From a virus (taxonomy: Duplodnaviria; Caudoviricetes): a stretch of 30,383 nucleotides of DNA. The stretch is from IMG/VR virus record IMGVR_UViG_3300036987_000270, positions 1-30,383 of that record. One strand, 5' to 3'. Positions within the stretch are counted from its first letter, which is position 1; each line of letters starts with the position of its first letter. Below are positions 1-8,174 of the stretch, one piece after another. A program made the translations under genes and the position numbers. The notes below the pieces were generated by a model, which was not told the DNA's origin, did no database searches, and saw only the letters and a program-made list of their open reading frames with translations.

Positions 1-131
1 ATACGCTATCTTTGGCGTGGTAGTAGTGTCATTAAAGGTCATAGGGAAGACCTTGATACCGGTAATCTACCCGAGGGCGGGTGAATGTTCAATGTCCGGG
101 AAGAAAAAAGAATAGACGGTGGAGGTGGGGT

Positions 132-377
132 ATGGCGGACGGTGAAAAAGAGGAACCCTTGTACGACGGGTGCTGTAGCGATGAATTTTTCTGCAAAATG
201 GCTTTTGAGGTCATAAAGCCGCTGCGTGGAATGAGCATCGCCCAGGCCGAAGCCGTGCTCAAAGAAGCCCAGACGGTGCTCAAGAACAGCATTTTTATCA
301 AGATCGAAGACGTTGATGAAGTAAAGCGACGATTCGTTCTTCCTTTTGGACAACAAGGTCAACAGCTTCCTGAATGA
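132..377 (+). CDS. Hypothetical phage protein (81 aa)
   Basis: GGAGG at 121-125 upstream of ATG 132, in frame with ORF 81..377. Confidence 0.55.
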   Translation: MADGEKEEPLYDGCCSDEFFCKMAFEVIKPLRGMSIAQAEAVLKEAQTVLKNSIFIKIEDVDEVKRRFVLPFGQQGQQLPE

Positions 378-483
378 AATCTCCGCCGATCCTTTTAACC
401 CCGCTCTCTTTCTTTAAGTGTTGCTCGAGAATGAGCACTTGGGTGGCGAGGATTGATTCAAGCAGTTTGGTGTTTTGGTCCAT
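298..483 (-). CDS. Small hypothetical protein (61 aa), moron-like, antisense to the early operon
   Basis: Minus-strand AAGGAG Shine-Dalgarno before ATG 483; helical-looking sequence; promoter-like motif upstream. Confidence 0.65.
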   Translation of the reverse strand: MDQNTKLLESILATQVLILEQHLKKESGVKRIGGDFIQEAVDLVVQKEERIVALLHQRLRS

Positions 484-533
484 GACTTTCTCCTTGTGTG
501 AAATGGGTAAACGTTCGTGGTGGCTCGATTTTC

Positions 534-561
534 AGAGTAGCACAAGGGGATTTTTTCACAA
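534..561 (-). promoter_or_regulatory. Putative sigma70 promoter for the 298..483 gene
   Basis: Minus strand TTGTGA (561-556), 16 nt, extended -10 TG-C-TACTCT (542-534). Confidence 0.45.
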
Positions 562-573
562 CGGGTTGTTTTT

Positions 574-867
574 ATGAGTGAAGAGCGGATGGCAGACATT
601 GTGTGGCGGTGGGGTAATGCCGCCACGCATGGCAAAAAACCACTAAGAATTGAACTGTTCCAGGCGGAACAGTGGCGACCAGGCTACAGGCCGCACAAGA
701 AAACCATGTACCCGCATCCACCACTGCGCAACCGAGAATACTGGCAGCAGTATTACCGGTTGCGTGTTGATGGGCGATGGTATGGAAGGCCCGGATACAA
801 ATACAGATTTTACACACTGGAGCAGGCCGTGAAGCTGGCGGAACACCTATATATAGGGTGCGAGTGA
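574..867 (+). CDS. Hypothetical phage protein (97 aa, aromatic/basic)
   Basis: ORF whose TGA overlaps the next ATG (TGATG at 865-869). Confidence 0.6.
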   Translation: MSEERMADIVWRWGNAATHGKKPLRIELFQAEQWRPGYRPHKKTMYPHPPLRNREYWQQYYRLRVDGRWYGRPGYKYRFYTLEQAVKLAEHLYIGCE

Positions 868-1289
868 TGGTCACACAGTTAGGCCTCTTTAATCAAGCGC
901 CTACCCTCAACGTGCTGCGCGACTTGAAAATCGCCATGGCCAGGGCGGCCAAGGAAACGGGACTGAGCCGCGAGGAACTGTGCGACCGGATCAACCAGGT
1001 TGCGGACCGATACGGCGTGCGGCTGGTCAAGGGCACCGGGCAGAACCTGACCCTGGACAGCCTGGAGAAGTGGCTGAACCCGGAAGACAAGGAACGGGTG
1101 ATCCCGGCGAAGGCGCTTTCGGTGTTCTGCGCGGCGGTGGAAAATATCGAGCCGATGCAGGTGCTGGTGGCGCCGCTGGGCTGGCGGATCATTGACGATA
1201 AACAGGCAAAATTACTGGCCTTGGCGGAACTTGACAGGGACGTGAAGAAGAAGAAAGCCATGATGAGGAAGCTGGAGGCTGAGATATGA
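867..1289 (+). CDS. Putative phage regulatory DNA-binding protein (CII-like, common in Mu-like early regions)
   Basis: GLSREELCDRIN...TLDSLEKWLNPED HTH-like pattern; translationally coupled at both ends. Confidence 0.7.
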   Translation: MVTQLGLFNQAPTLNVLRDLKIAMARAAKETGLSREELCDRINQVADRYGVRLVKGTGQNLTLDSLEKWLNPEDKERVIPAKALSVFCAAVENIEPMQVLVAPLGWRIIDDKQAKLLALAELDRDVKKKKAMMRKLEAEI

Positions 1290-1501
1290 AACGGAATAGC
1301 ACGGAGATAAAGGTGTGGATGCTGCGCAATAAATTGCGTGAGTGCGACATTGTCCGGGAGACTGGAGAAGAACAGACCTATGTCAACAAGACCCTGCTGG
1401 GAAAGAAGCATAACCGGAGAGTGCTGCGATATCTCCTTAATAAAGGATGCCCGGCCAAACACCTGGCGCTGCCCAAAGACATGATAGAGGTTACCCCATG
1501 A
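1286..1501 (+). CDS. Small HTH DNA-binding protein, Ner/Cro-like
   Basis: 71 aa basic protein (EIKVWML...DIVRETG...YVNKTLLG); GGAGG upstream; lies before the transposase. Confidence 0.65.
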   Translation: MKRNSTEIKVWMLRNKLRECDIVRETGEEQTYVNKTLLGKKHNRRVLRYLLNKGCPAKHLALPKDMIEVTP

Positions 1502-1635
1502 CCAGAGAAGAGTTTGCCAAGCAGATGCGGGCCGACCAGGCTGAAGTGATGCGAGGTAAGGCCGAGGAATTCAAACAAGAGCTGATTAAAAAAACCACCC
1601 CAAAGGAAGATGACGATGCACCCATTAGCCGTTAA
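1498..1635 (+). CDS. Hypothetical protein (45 aa)
   Basis: GAGG then ATGA overlap with upstream stop; MTREEFAKQMRAD... Confidence 0.5.
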   Translation: MTREEFAKQMRADQAEVMRGKAEEFKQELIKKTTPKEDDDAPISR

Positions 1636-2299
1636 TCCGCCAGAGCCGTTGTCACAACGCGAAGAGAACCTGTTGGCCCAGTTGGAGCAGGTGATTGAGA
1701 CCAATATGAAGGGCTTTGTGCTGGTGGGCATGGCACTGGCGCAGATCCGGGATGAACGGCTGTACCGGATAGAGTACCCGACCTTTGAGGAGTATCTGTT
1801 GCGGGTGTGGGATATGGCCGCAAAAACGGCATATCGGTTAATGGCAGCGACCAAGGTATATAAAAGCCTCGAAGAGGGGCTCACAGTCGAAAACGTGACC
1901 AATTGGTCACAAAATGAGAATGTGCGCCATGGCGCACAAATTGAAATCATCCTCCCACAAAACGAGGCGCAAGCCCGTCCCCTCGCCCTCCTCCCCGAGG
2001 AAGAGCAGCTGCCAGTTTGGCTCTATATCCTCGACCAGGCCAGCAACCGCAAGTGCGCGATCACGGCCAACTTCATCATCCAGTGCCTACTGGAGCGCCA
2101 ACAGGAAAAGATTAAAAAGAACGTCAATAAAACCCGCGAGCACGCCAGCAAGTCCACCGAGCTGCCCGCCATTGTGAAGCAATCGTTCCAGGCGCTGCTG
2201 GATGTGGTGCACCTGCAGAACGATACCCAGTGGCAGCAGGTCGGCCGGAAGACGATCGTGGCCCTGCTGGAAGATCTCCTTGAAGGCTTGAAAAACTAA
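1610..2299 (+). CDS. Conserved phage hypothetical, putative DNA-binding protein with an internal palindromic tandem repeat
   Basis: LEQVIE...VGMALAQIRDERLYR..YPTFEEY and LPQNEAQARPLA motifs typical of phage DUF3102/ParB-associated proteins; directly upstream of the transposase. Confidence 0.8.
   Translation: MTMHPLAVNPPEPLSQREENLLAQLEQVIETNMKGFVLVGMALAQIRDERLYRIEYPTFEEYLLRVWDMAAKTAYRLMAATKVYKSLEEGLTVENVTNWSQNENVRHGAQIEIILPQNEAQARPLALLPEEEQLPVWLYILDQASNRKCAITANFIIQCLLERQQEKIKKNVNKTREHASKSTELPAIVKQSFQALLDVVHLQNDTQWQQVGRKTIVALLEDLLEGLKN
1889..1942. repeat. Tandem 27-bp coding repeat, each unit with a perfect palindrome
   Basis: GAAAAC-GTGACCAATTGGTCAC-AAAAT then GAGAA-TGTGCGCCATGGCGCACA-AATT. 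Confidence 0.9.
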
Positions 2300-2313
2300 G
2301 GAGCGCGGACAGC

Positions 2314-4572
2314 ATGGCAAAGGGGACAGTGACCGCGGGCGAGATCGCCGAGGCAACAGGGGATCATCGAACAACTGTTATTCGAACGCTGGATAAGCTC
2401 CAGGCCATGTTCGTCTGGCGCAAAGGCCCGGCCGGCAACGAAAAGCACTATCCCCTTTCCCAGCTGCCCGAGGAATACCGGGTGGCGATTATCGCCAAAC
2501 AGGCTATCCCGGGATGCGACCTGCCTGACAGCGTCGCCGGGACCATCGGCGTCGAAGCCGCCCAGGAAATCCTGGCGGCGCGGGCAGAAGAGAAGGAACG
2601 GGAGCGGATCGCCAAGGAACAGAGGCTGGAGTCATTTGAACGGCTGCCGGAGCAACGCAAGAAAGAGGCCCTTGCTCGCCGGGCCCTGCTGGAAATGTGC
2701 GACGGCTTTGTCAAGGCGGCGGGCTACGAGATCCCGGCCTATGCCCAGCGCAGCAAGAAGGCGGATCGGGCCTTTGTCGAGGCCTACAACGCGGGCCGGA
2801 TCAAGATCTCCGAGGAGATCATGGCGGTGGTCGGGGCAAAGACCAGCTATTCCACCCTGCGGCGGATCGCCGAAAGTTACCACAAGCATGGCCTGCCCGG
2901 GCTGGCGCTGGGCTACCACAGCCCCCGGCGCGGCGGGACCACGCTTTCCGAGGAACAGCAGGAGCTGGTGCTGAGCACCATGTGCCTGAATCCGAACACC
3001 AGTTCCATCAACATCCACAAGATCCTGCAGGGCAGGTTCGGCCGCGAGGTGCCATCGGCTACCGTCATCAGCCGCTTCCGCAGCAACTGGATCAAGGAGA
3101 ACGCCGAACTGTGGATGTTTTACCGCAACCCGGACGAATGGAAGAACAAGTGCATGCTGGCCTTTGGTTCGGCCAGCGAGCGGGTCGAACGGCTCAATCA
3201 GCTATGGGAGGCGGACTCCACCCCGGCGGACCTGATGCTTGCCGATGGCCGGCATTCCATCATCGGGGTGGTCGACGTCTACAGCCGCCGCCTGCGGTAC
3301 CTGGTCTCCAAAACCTCGAAGGCGGTTTCAGTGGTGGCGCTGATCCGGCACTGCGTGATCGAATGGGGCGTGCCGGAAGTGCTGAAGATCGACAACGGCA
3401 AGGATTACCGGTCGGCGCATGTAACCCGGGTGTTGGACAGCCTGGAGATTCAGCGCGAATACTGCACCCCGTTCCAGGGCCAGGAAAAACCCCATATCGA
3501 GCGGTCTTTCCGTACCTTTCTCCATGGCCTGGTGGAGCTGATGCCCAAGTATATCGGCCATAACGTGACCGAACGAAAGGCGATCGAGGCCCGGCGCAGC
3601 TTTGCCGACCGGGTGATGAACAAGGACAGCGATCCGGTCGACGTCAACATGACGGCGGAAGAGCTGCAAAAGTTCTGCAACGAGTGGACCAGCTGCGTGT
3701 ATCAGCACGATCCGCATCGGGGCCTGGACGGCAAGAAGCCGATCGACATGGTGCGGGAATGGAAGCAGCCGATCCGGCGGATCCACGATATGCGCGCCCT
3801 CGACATGCTGCTGATGCCGGCACCGAGCGACGGCGGCCGGCGGACGGTGGAGAAGAAAGGCATCCGCGTCGACAACCGCTATTACCAGTCCAAGGAGTTT
3901 GCCGGCAACCTGGGCGAGAGCGTCATGGTGCTGCTCGATCCGGCGGACATGGGCACGGCCTACGTCTACCTGTATGGCGATCGGGGCGAACGCAACTTCC
4001 TTTGCGTGGCGATCGACACCAAATGGCACGGTATTGACCGGGCTAAGTTCTCGACCTCCTCGCGTAAACACCAGACCCGGATCATGAACGAAGGCGCCAA
4101 GAAATTGAAGGAACTGAGCAAGCAAGAGGGCCAGCGGGAGGCGTATGCGGAGTATGTCGATTTCCGCAAATCCGAAATAGCGAACCTGGTGGAGTTCCCC
4201 CAGGCGAGCGAAGAGCATACGACCCCGGCGCTGCAGGAAGCCGCCAAGGCGGTTGTGGCCATTGACCAGGCGCACGGGCAGCAGGATGAGATGACGCAAA
4301 AGCTGCGGGAGATAGAGATCATCATGTCCGAGCCCACCCCGCCCCAGCCGGTGAAAGAGCAGAAGATTATCAACCTGATTACCTGCAAAACAGACCGATA
4401 CCTCGACATCATGGCGTCGGTGCGGGTCGAGAAACGCCAACTGACCCAGTGGGAATTCGATTTCCTGACGGACTTTTATACCAAAGAGCCTGCGGGGAAA
4501 TCGTTTTTGCTACTGGAGGGCGACGTGCGAGAGAAGATCGGCTTGGCCGATGCGAGCCAGGCGAAGGGGTAA
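2314..4572 (+). CDS. Mu-like DDE transposase (MuA/gpA)
   Basis: N-terminal HTH; catalytic motifs WEADST, KIDNGKDY, EKPHIERSF; C-terminal RTVEKKGIRVDNRYY beta-barrel motif; AAGGAG RBS. Confidence 0.96.
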   Translation: MAKGTVTAGEIAEATGDHRTTVIRTLDKLQAMFVWRKGPAGNEKHYPLSQLPEEYRVAIIAKQAIPGCDLPDSVAGTIGVEAAQEILAARAEEKERERIAKEQRLESFERLPEQRKKEALARRALLEMCDGFVKAAGYEIPAYAQRSKKADRAFVEAYNAGRIKISEEIMAVVGAKTSYSTLRRIAESYHKHGLPGLALGYHSPRRGGTTLSEEQQELVLSTMCLNPNTSSINIHKILQGRFGREVPSATVISRFRSNWIKENAELWMFYRNPDEWKNKCMLAFGSASERVERLNQLWEADSTPADLMLADGRHSIIGVVDVYSRRLRYLVSKTSKAVSVVALIRHCVIEWGVPEVLKIDNGKDYRSAHVTRVLDSLEIQREYCTPFQGQEKPHIERSFRTFLHGLVELMPKYIGHNVTERKAIEARRSFADRVMNKDSDPVDVNMTAEELQKFCNEWTSCVYQHDPHRGLDGKKPIDMVREWKQPIRRIHDMRALDMLLMPAPSDGGRRTVEKKGIRVDNRYYQSKEFAGNLGESVMVLLDPADMGTAYVYLYGDRGERNFLCVAIDTKWHGIDRAKFSTSSRKHQTRIMNEGAKKLKELSKQEGQREAYAEYVDFRKSEIANLVEFPQASEEHTTPALQEAAKAVVAIDQAHGQQDEMTQKLREIEIIMSEPTPPQPVKEQKIINLITCKTDRYLDIMASVRVEKRQLTQWEFDFLTDFYTKEPAGKSFLLLEGDVREKIGLADASQAKG

Positions 4573-4573
4573 A

Positions 4574-4600
4574 CGTTCCCACGCGGAGCGTAGGGACGAG
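4574..4600. repeat. REP-like palindrome, copy 1
   Basis: CGTTCCCACGC-GGA-GCGTAGGGACG-AG; related copy at 16641-16668. Confidence 0.7.
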
Positions 4601-4603
4601 GGC

Positions 4604-4634
4604 GGCCGGACGCTGCTTCGAACAGCATCCGGCC
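4604..4634 (+). other. Intergenic GC-rich hairpin between transposase and ATPase
   Basis: GGCCGGA-C-GCTG...CAGC-A-TCCGGCC; no U-run follows. Confidence 0.55.
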
Positions 4635-4672
4635 CAAGACTAAAGATGAAGAAGTTGGAGGAAAAATACCCA

Positions 4673-5371
4673 ATGATTGACACTTTTGCAACCACGCAAA
4701 ACGTGCGCCGGTTCATGGCGGGCATGGAGGTGCTGAAGCGGCCCGTGAAGGGGCGGATCGGCATCATGCTCGCCTATGGTCCCTACGGCACCGGAAAGAC
4801 CGAGATCGGCGGCTGGTACTACACCAACCACGGCGTGCCCTATGTGCGGGCCACGGATGGCGGCACCCGCAGGGAACTGCTGGCCAACATCGTTTCCGCC
4901 CTGGAAGAGGCCCCGAAGTACCGCTCGGCCGATATCTTCGAGCAGCTGCTCAACATCCTGGACGAACAGTCGATGCCGATCATTATCGATGAGACCGATT
5001 ACCTGGTCGACAGCGGCATCATCGAGACGGTCCGGGACATCAGCGACATGACCAACGCCCCGATCATCCTCATGGGCATGGACGGGATCGAGCGCAAATT
5101 GAAAGCCTATCCGCATCTGTGCGACCGGATCACGGTGACCACCAAGTTCGAGCTGTTCGACCAGCGGGAGATCGCCAACTACGCGGCCCAGGTCTGCGAA
5201 GTGAAGCTGACCGACGAGGCCATCACCTTTATCCATCTGCACGGCAAGGGCCGGCTGCGGATGACGACCACCTGGCTGGAGCGGGCCGAGCGGATTGCGA
5301 CCCACAACAAGCTGGAAGTGGTATCGGCGGCGCATCTGGAAGCGTATTTGAAAAAGGAGCAGCTGCGATGA
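4673..5371 (+). CDS. Transposition AAA+ ATPase (MuB-like)
   Basis: Walker A GPYGTGKT, Walker B IIIDETD, PIILMGM; GGAGG at 4657-4661; follows the transposase. Confidence 0.93.
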   Translation: MIDTFATTQNVRRFMAGMEVLKRPVKGRIGIMLAYGPYGTGKTEIGGWYYTNHGVPYVRATDGGTRRELLANIVSALEEAPKYRSADIFEQLLNILDEQSMPIIIDETDYLVDSGIIETVRDISDMTNAPIILMGMDGIERKLKAYPHLCDRITVTTKFELFDQREIANYAAQVCEVKLTDEAITFIHLHGKGRLRMTTTWLERAERIATHNKLEVVSAAHLEAYLKKEQLR

Positions 5372-5676
5372 GTATTCTTCTTCTGAAAGATCAAGACAGA
5401 ATCGAGGACAATCGCGACATTGATGATTGCAGTCGTTGCTACAAAAAAGGGAAAAAAAGAAAAGGGAAACTCTGCTACCAGGTAGTAGCAGAAGGATCAG
5501 ACACACTTGGCGCAAAGGTAAAAATTGCCTTTTCAACGAGACTTTGCGGGTATTGCTACCCGGTGGTGTCAAGAAAATTGGATGCAGAGGGCCAACCTCC
5601 ATTGAGGATGGGCTCCAAGCTACTTCAAGACACCGTAGACCGAACACCCTGGAACTGTTGGGAGTTTCTCCAATGA
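5368..5676 (+). CDS. Hypothetical Cys-rich protein (CxxC...CxxC), AT-richer than neighbours
   Basis: ATGA overlaps at both ends; AAGGAG RBS; CSRC and CGYC motifs. Confidence 0.65.
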   Translation: MSILLLKDQDRIEDNRDIDDCSRCYKKGKKRKGKLCYQVVAEGSDTLGAKVKIAFSTRLCGYCYPVVSRKLDAEGQPPLRMGSKLLQDTVDRTPWNCWEFLQ

Positions 5677-6515
5677 CCGTGCTCGACCCGGTCATCCTCT
5701 ATCTGCTCACCAGCGGCCGCAAAACCGTGACCCTTGAGCAGGTGGCGGCAGGATCGGGACTGCAGCGGGTGGCGGTGTTGCGGGTGCTGGATAAGCTCGC
5801 CGGGGAAGGCTACCTGGAAGAGATCGCCAACAGCCCGGTACCCCACGGTTTTAGGGAGTGCGGGCCGGAACGGCAGAACCCCACCTGGAAGATTATCCGG
5901 GACCTGACCGAGCGGCCGGTTAAACGGCCCAAGCGCACCACGGTCCGGGATAAGATCTGGCGAGCGGTCAAGCGGCTGCAGCGCGGTTTCACCCGGTCCG
6001 ACCTGGTGCGGCTTTCCGGGGCGACCCGGGGCAGCGTCGAGGACTACACCAAACTGCTGGAGCGTGATGGGTTTATCAATGTGGTCGGTAAAACCGGCCA
6101 TCAGAAGCGCTTCAACCTGGCCACCAGCGAATTGAAGCGGCCCAAGGTCAGCGAAAAACCAGAAAACAAGGAGTCCGGAGGGACAACGATGGAGCAAGGA
6201 TGGCTGGAGATATTACGACAGCGTTCCGACCTGGTCGGCATGGCGGAAGTGGCCCGGGAGATGGGTGTCTCCAACGCCACCATCTCCCTGCTTCTGTCCG
6301 GCAAGTATCCGGCGAGCACCGAAAAAATGGAACGGCGAACAATGAAGATGTACGGCGCCAACGGCCATGTGGTCTGCCAGGTCCTGGGCGAGATCACTCC
6401 GGCCAAGTGCGCCGAGCTGTGGAACCGAGCGAAGAAACTAGGCGTCAAGGGCGGCAATCCAAAGGTGATCAAGCAGCATAAAGCCTGCCTGAAATGCGAC
6501 TTAAGGAACAGTTAA
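5673..6515 (+). CDS. Multi-HTH DNA-binding protein: two winged-helix-like domains plus an XRE-like HTH/Cys domain; probable internal start at 6189
   Basis: VTLEQVAAGSGL..., FTRSDLVRLSGA..., AEVAREMGVSNATISLLLSGKY; C-terminal C..LGEI....C...C..C. Confidence 0.8.
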   Translation: MTVLDPVILYLLTSGRKTVTLEQVAAGSGLQRVAVLRVLDKLAGEGYLEEIANSPVPHGFRECGPERQNPTWKIIRDLTERPVKRPKRTTVRDKIWRAVKRLQRGFTRSDLVRLSGATRGSVEDYTKLLERDGFINVVGKTGHQKRFNLATSELKRPKVSEKPENKESGGTTMEQGWLEILRQRSDLVGMAEVAREMGVSNATISLLLSGKYPASTEKMERRTMKMYGANGHVVCQVLGEITPAKCAELWNRAKKLGVKGGNPKVIKQHKACLKCDLRNS

Positions 6516-6529
6516 ACAAGGAGAACATC

Positions 6530-6925
6530 ATGGGAAAAGACACCTTAGAAATGAACCGGAACCTCGAAGATATCGGCGCCAAGGTCAGCGAGTTGATGCT
6601 GATGTCGTGGATCGCCGAGCTGGAGGGCTCCGACATCCACAGCAAGCTGCTCCAGATCCACCAAACAACCTGCCAGCTGCAGCAGGCTTTCTGCAACCCG
6701 GCCATTGTCGAGGGGTATCGGGCCGCGGCTGTCAACCAGATCTGGCGGGTGGGCGAACTGATCAGCGAGATGGACATCACCCCGGATCACCGGCAGATGC
6801 TGTCGATCGGCATGGCGGCGGAACGGGCGGTAGAGATGATCAAGGAGTACAAGCAGATCCTGAGGTTTGCCGCCAACGTGAACAAAGAAACCGACCCGGA
6901 AACAGCGGTCGAGGAGGCGGCGTAA
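6530..6925 (+). CDS. Hypothetical phage protein
   Basis: AAGGAG RBS before ATG 6530; TAATG coupling to the next gene. Confidence 0.75.
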   Translation: MGKDTLEMNRNLEDIGAKVSELMLMSWIAELEGSDIHSKLLQIHQTTCQLQQAFCNPAIVEGYRAAAVNQIWRVGELISEMDITPDHRQMLSIGMAAERAVEMIKEYKQILRFAANVNKETDPETAVEEAA

Positions 6926-7539
6926 TGGAAGAGATGACCATCCCGGAAGGGTACAAACGCAACGCGATCGGGCACCTGGTGCCGATCGAGCAGATTGACG
7001 AAATCGACCGGCTCCGCGACGACTTTGTCCGCAAAGCGGTGGGGCAGGCGGCAACGGTTTCGGAGACGCTGGCGTCCTACAAGGCCCAGTTGTCCGGCGA
7101 CATGCAGGCGTTTTTGGACCTCAGCTCCGAGAAATACCAGGTCAAGAGCGGCGGCGCCAAGGGCAATGTCAGCCTGATGAGTTTTGACGGCCGCTACAAG
7201 ATCATCCGCGAGATCGCCGAGCGGCTCGACTTTGACGAACGGCTCCAGGCCGCCAAGGCCTTGATCGATGAATGCCTCCGGGAATGGACCAAGTACGCCG
7301 GTTCCGAGGTGCGCACCCTGATCGAGGACGCCTTCCAGGTGGATGTCAAAGGCCGGATCAACACCAAGCGGATCCTGAGCCTGCGCAAGCTCAAGATCGA
7401 GCATCCCACCTGGCAGCAGGCCATGGTCGCGATCGGCGAGGCGGTCACGGTCACCGGCTCCTGCACCTATTACCGGATCTACAAGCGGGACGAAAACGGC
7501 AAATACCATCAGTTGAATCTGGATTTCTCGGGGGTGTGA
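6925..7539 (+). CDS. DUF3164-family Mu-like phage protein
   Basis: IPEGYKRNAIGHLVP...GGAKGNVSLMSFDGRYK...FDERLQAAKALIDECL pattern; GGAGG RBS. Confidence 0.88.
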   Translation: MEEMTIPEGYKRNAIGHLVPIEQIDEIDRLRDDFVRKAVGQAATVSETLASYKAQLSGDMQAFLDLSSEKYQVKSGGAKGNVSLMSFDGRYKIIREIAERLDFDERLQAAKALIDECLREWTKYAGSEVRTLIEDAFQVDVKGRINTKRILSLRKLKIEHPTWQQAMVAIGEAVTVTGSCTYYRIYKRDENGKYHQLNLDFSGV

Positions 7540-7540
7540 G

Positions 7541-7849
7541 ATGGCAACATTAGGCGAAATGATGCGGAGGATTACGGGAAGACGGGCGCAGGTCAATGGT
7601 CCGGGAGAAGAGAGCGCTCAAACCCAGGCCAAGCGCGGGCCGAGGAGCTACGAGGTGCCGGCCGGGCTGCTGCCGAGGTTTTTCGAATTGTATGAAAACG
7701 TGTTGTCGGCCGAGCGGATGGGTCGGGGCCCGGTGGCCGGTTACGAGTTGTGGACCTGGCTGCACAAGCGCTGCCCTGAGGTCAAGCATGGGCATTGGAA
7801 GCTGGTGGTCGGCAGAGTATCGGCGGAAGTGGTCGAGGTGCTGCAATGA
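7541..7849 (+). CDS. Hypothetical phage protein
   Basis: ORF packed between neighbours with a 3' ATGA overlap. Confidence 0.65.
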   Translation: MATLGEMMRRITGRRAQVNGPGEESAQTQAKRGPRSYEVPAGLLPRFFELYENVLSAERMGRGPVAGYELWTWLHKRCPEVKHGHWKLVVGRVSAEVVEVLQ

Positions 7850-8031
7850 AGCATAAAGCAACCGCAACCATGCTGGTGCAAATGGAGTCGGTGTTCGAGG
7901 ATGACGGCGAGCACCCCCTGGTCGACCAGGCCCAGGCCGCCCTCGATGCCGAAGCGGAATGGCGCTGCTGCCTGCGGGAAGGCGAGTACACCCTGGAGGG
8001 CCTAAAGACCGTGCCCCTGGGGAGGGGGTAA
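7846..8031 (+). CDS. Hypothetical acidic protein (61 aa)
   Basis: GAGGTG RBS, ATGA overlap; MKHKATATMLVQMES... Confidence 0.6.
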   Translation: MKHKATATMLVQMESVFEDDGEHPLVDQAQAALDAEAEWRCCLREGEYTLEGLKTVPLGRG

Positions 8032-8092
8032 GCGAAATCCCGGCCTGGCCGGGATCATGCGGAGGTGGCGCTCCGTGTCTGATGAGCAGCCA
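8032..8092 (+). ncRNA. Type II hammerhead ribozyme, predicted cleavage after AUC (C8056)
   Basis: GC-GAAA, stem III 8037-8044/8048-8055, C8056, stem I 8057-8064/8071-8078, CUGAUGA 8079-8085, 2-bp stem II, pseudoknot UGGC 8066-8069 with GCCA 8089-8092. Confidence 0.92.
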
Positions 8093-8093
8093 G

Positions 8094-8142
8094 GTAGGGT
8101 GCGCCGTGCGCACCGGTGGATGGTGCGCACGGCGCACCCTAC
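8094..8142. repeat. GTAG-type REP doublet (REPIN)
   Basis: Perfect 21-bp inverted repeat GTAGGGTGCGCCGTGCGCACC, 7-nt spacer, GGTGCGCACGGCGCACCCTAC. Confidence 0.88.
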
Positions 8143-8174
8143 GGAACAGATGGGCAACCAAGAAGGAGATAACA

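Noticed and set aside
1-131. Phage left end, transposase binding sites or repressor gene
   Set aside because: No terminal repeat pattern or repressor visible; 1-84 is an open frame that may be the tail of an upstream gene but is too short to call
4550-4672. Upstream extension of the ATPase ORF, and similar extensions at 777, 5119, 5427, 6607, 7959, 9784, 16315, 23411 and 29029
   Set aside because: Longest-ORF artefacts that overlap upstream genes or repeats; the downstream starts have an RBS or stop-start coupling
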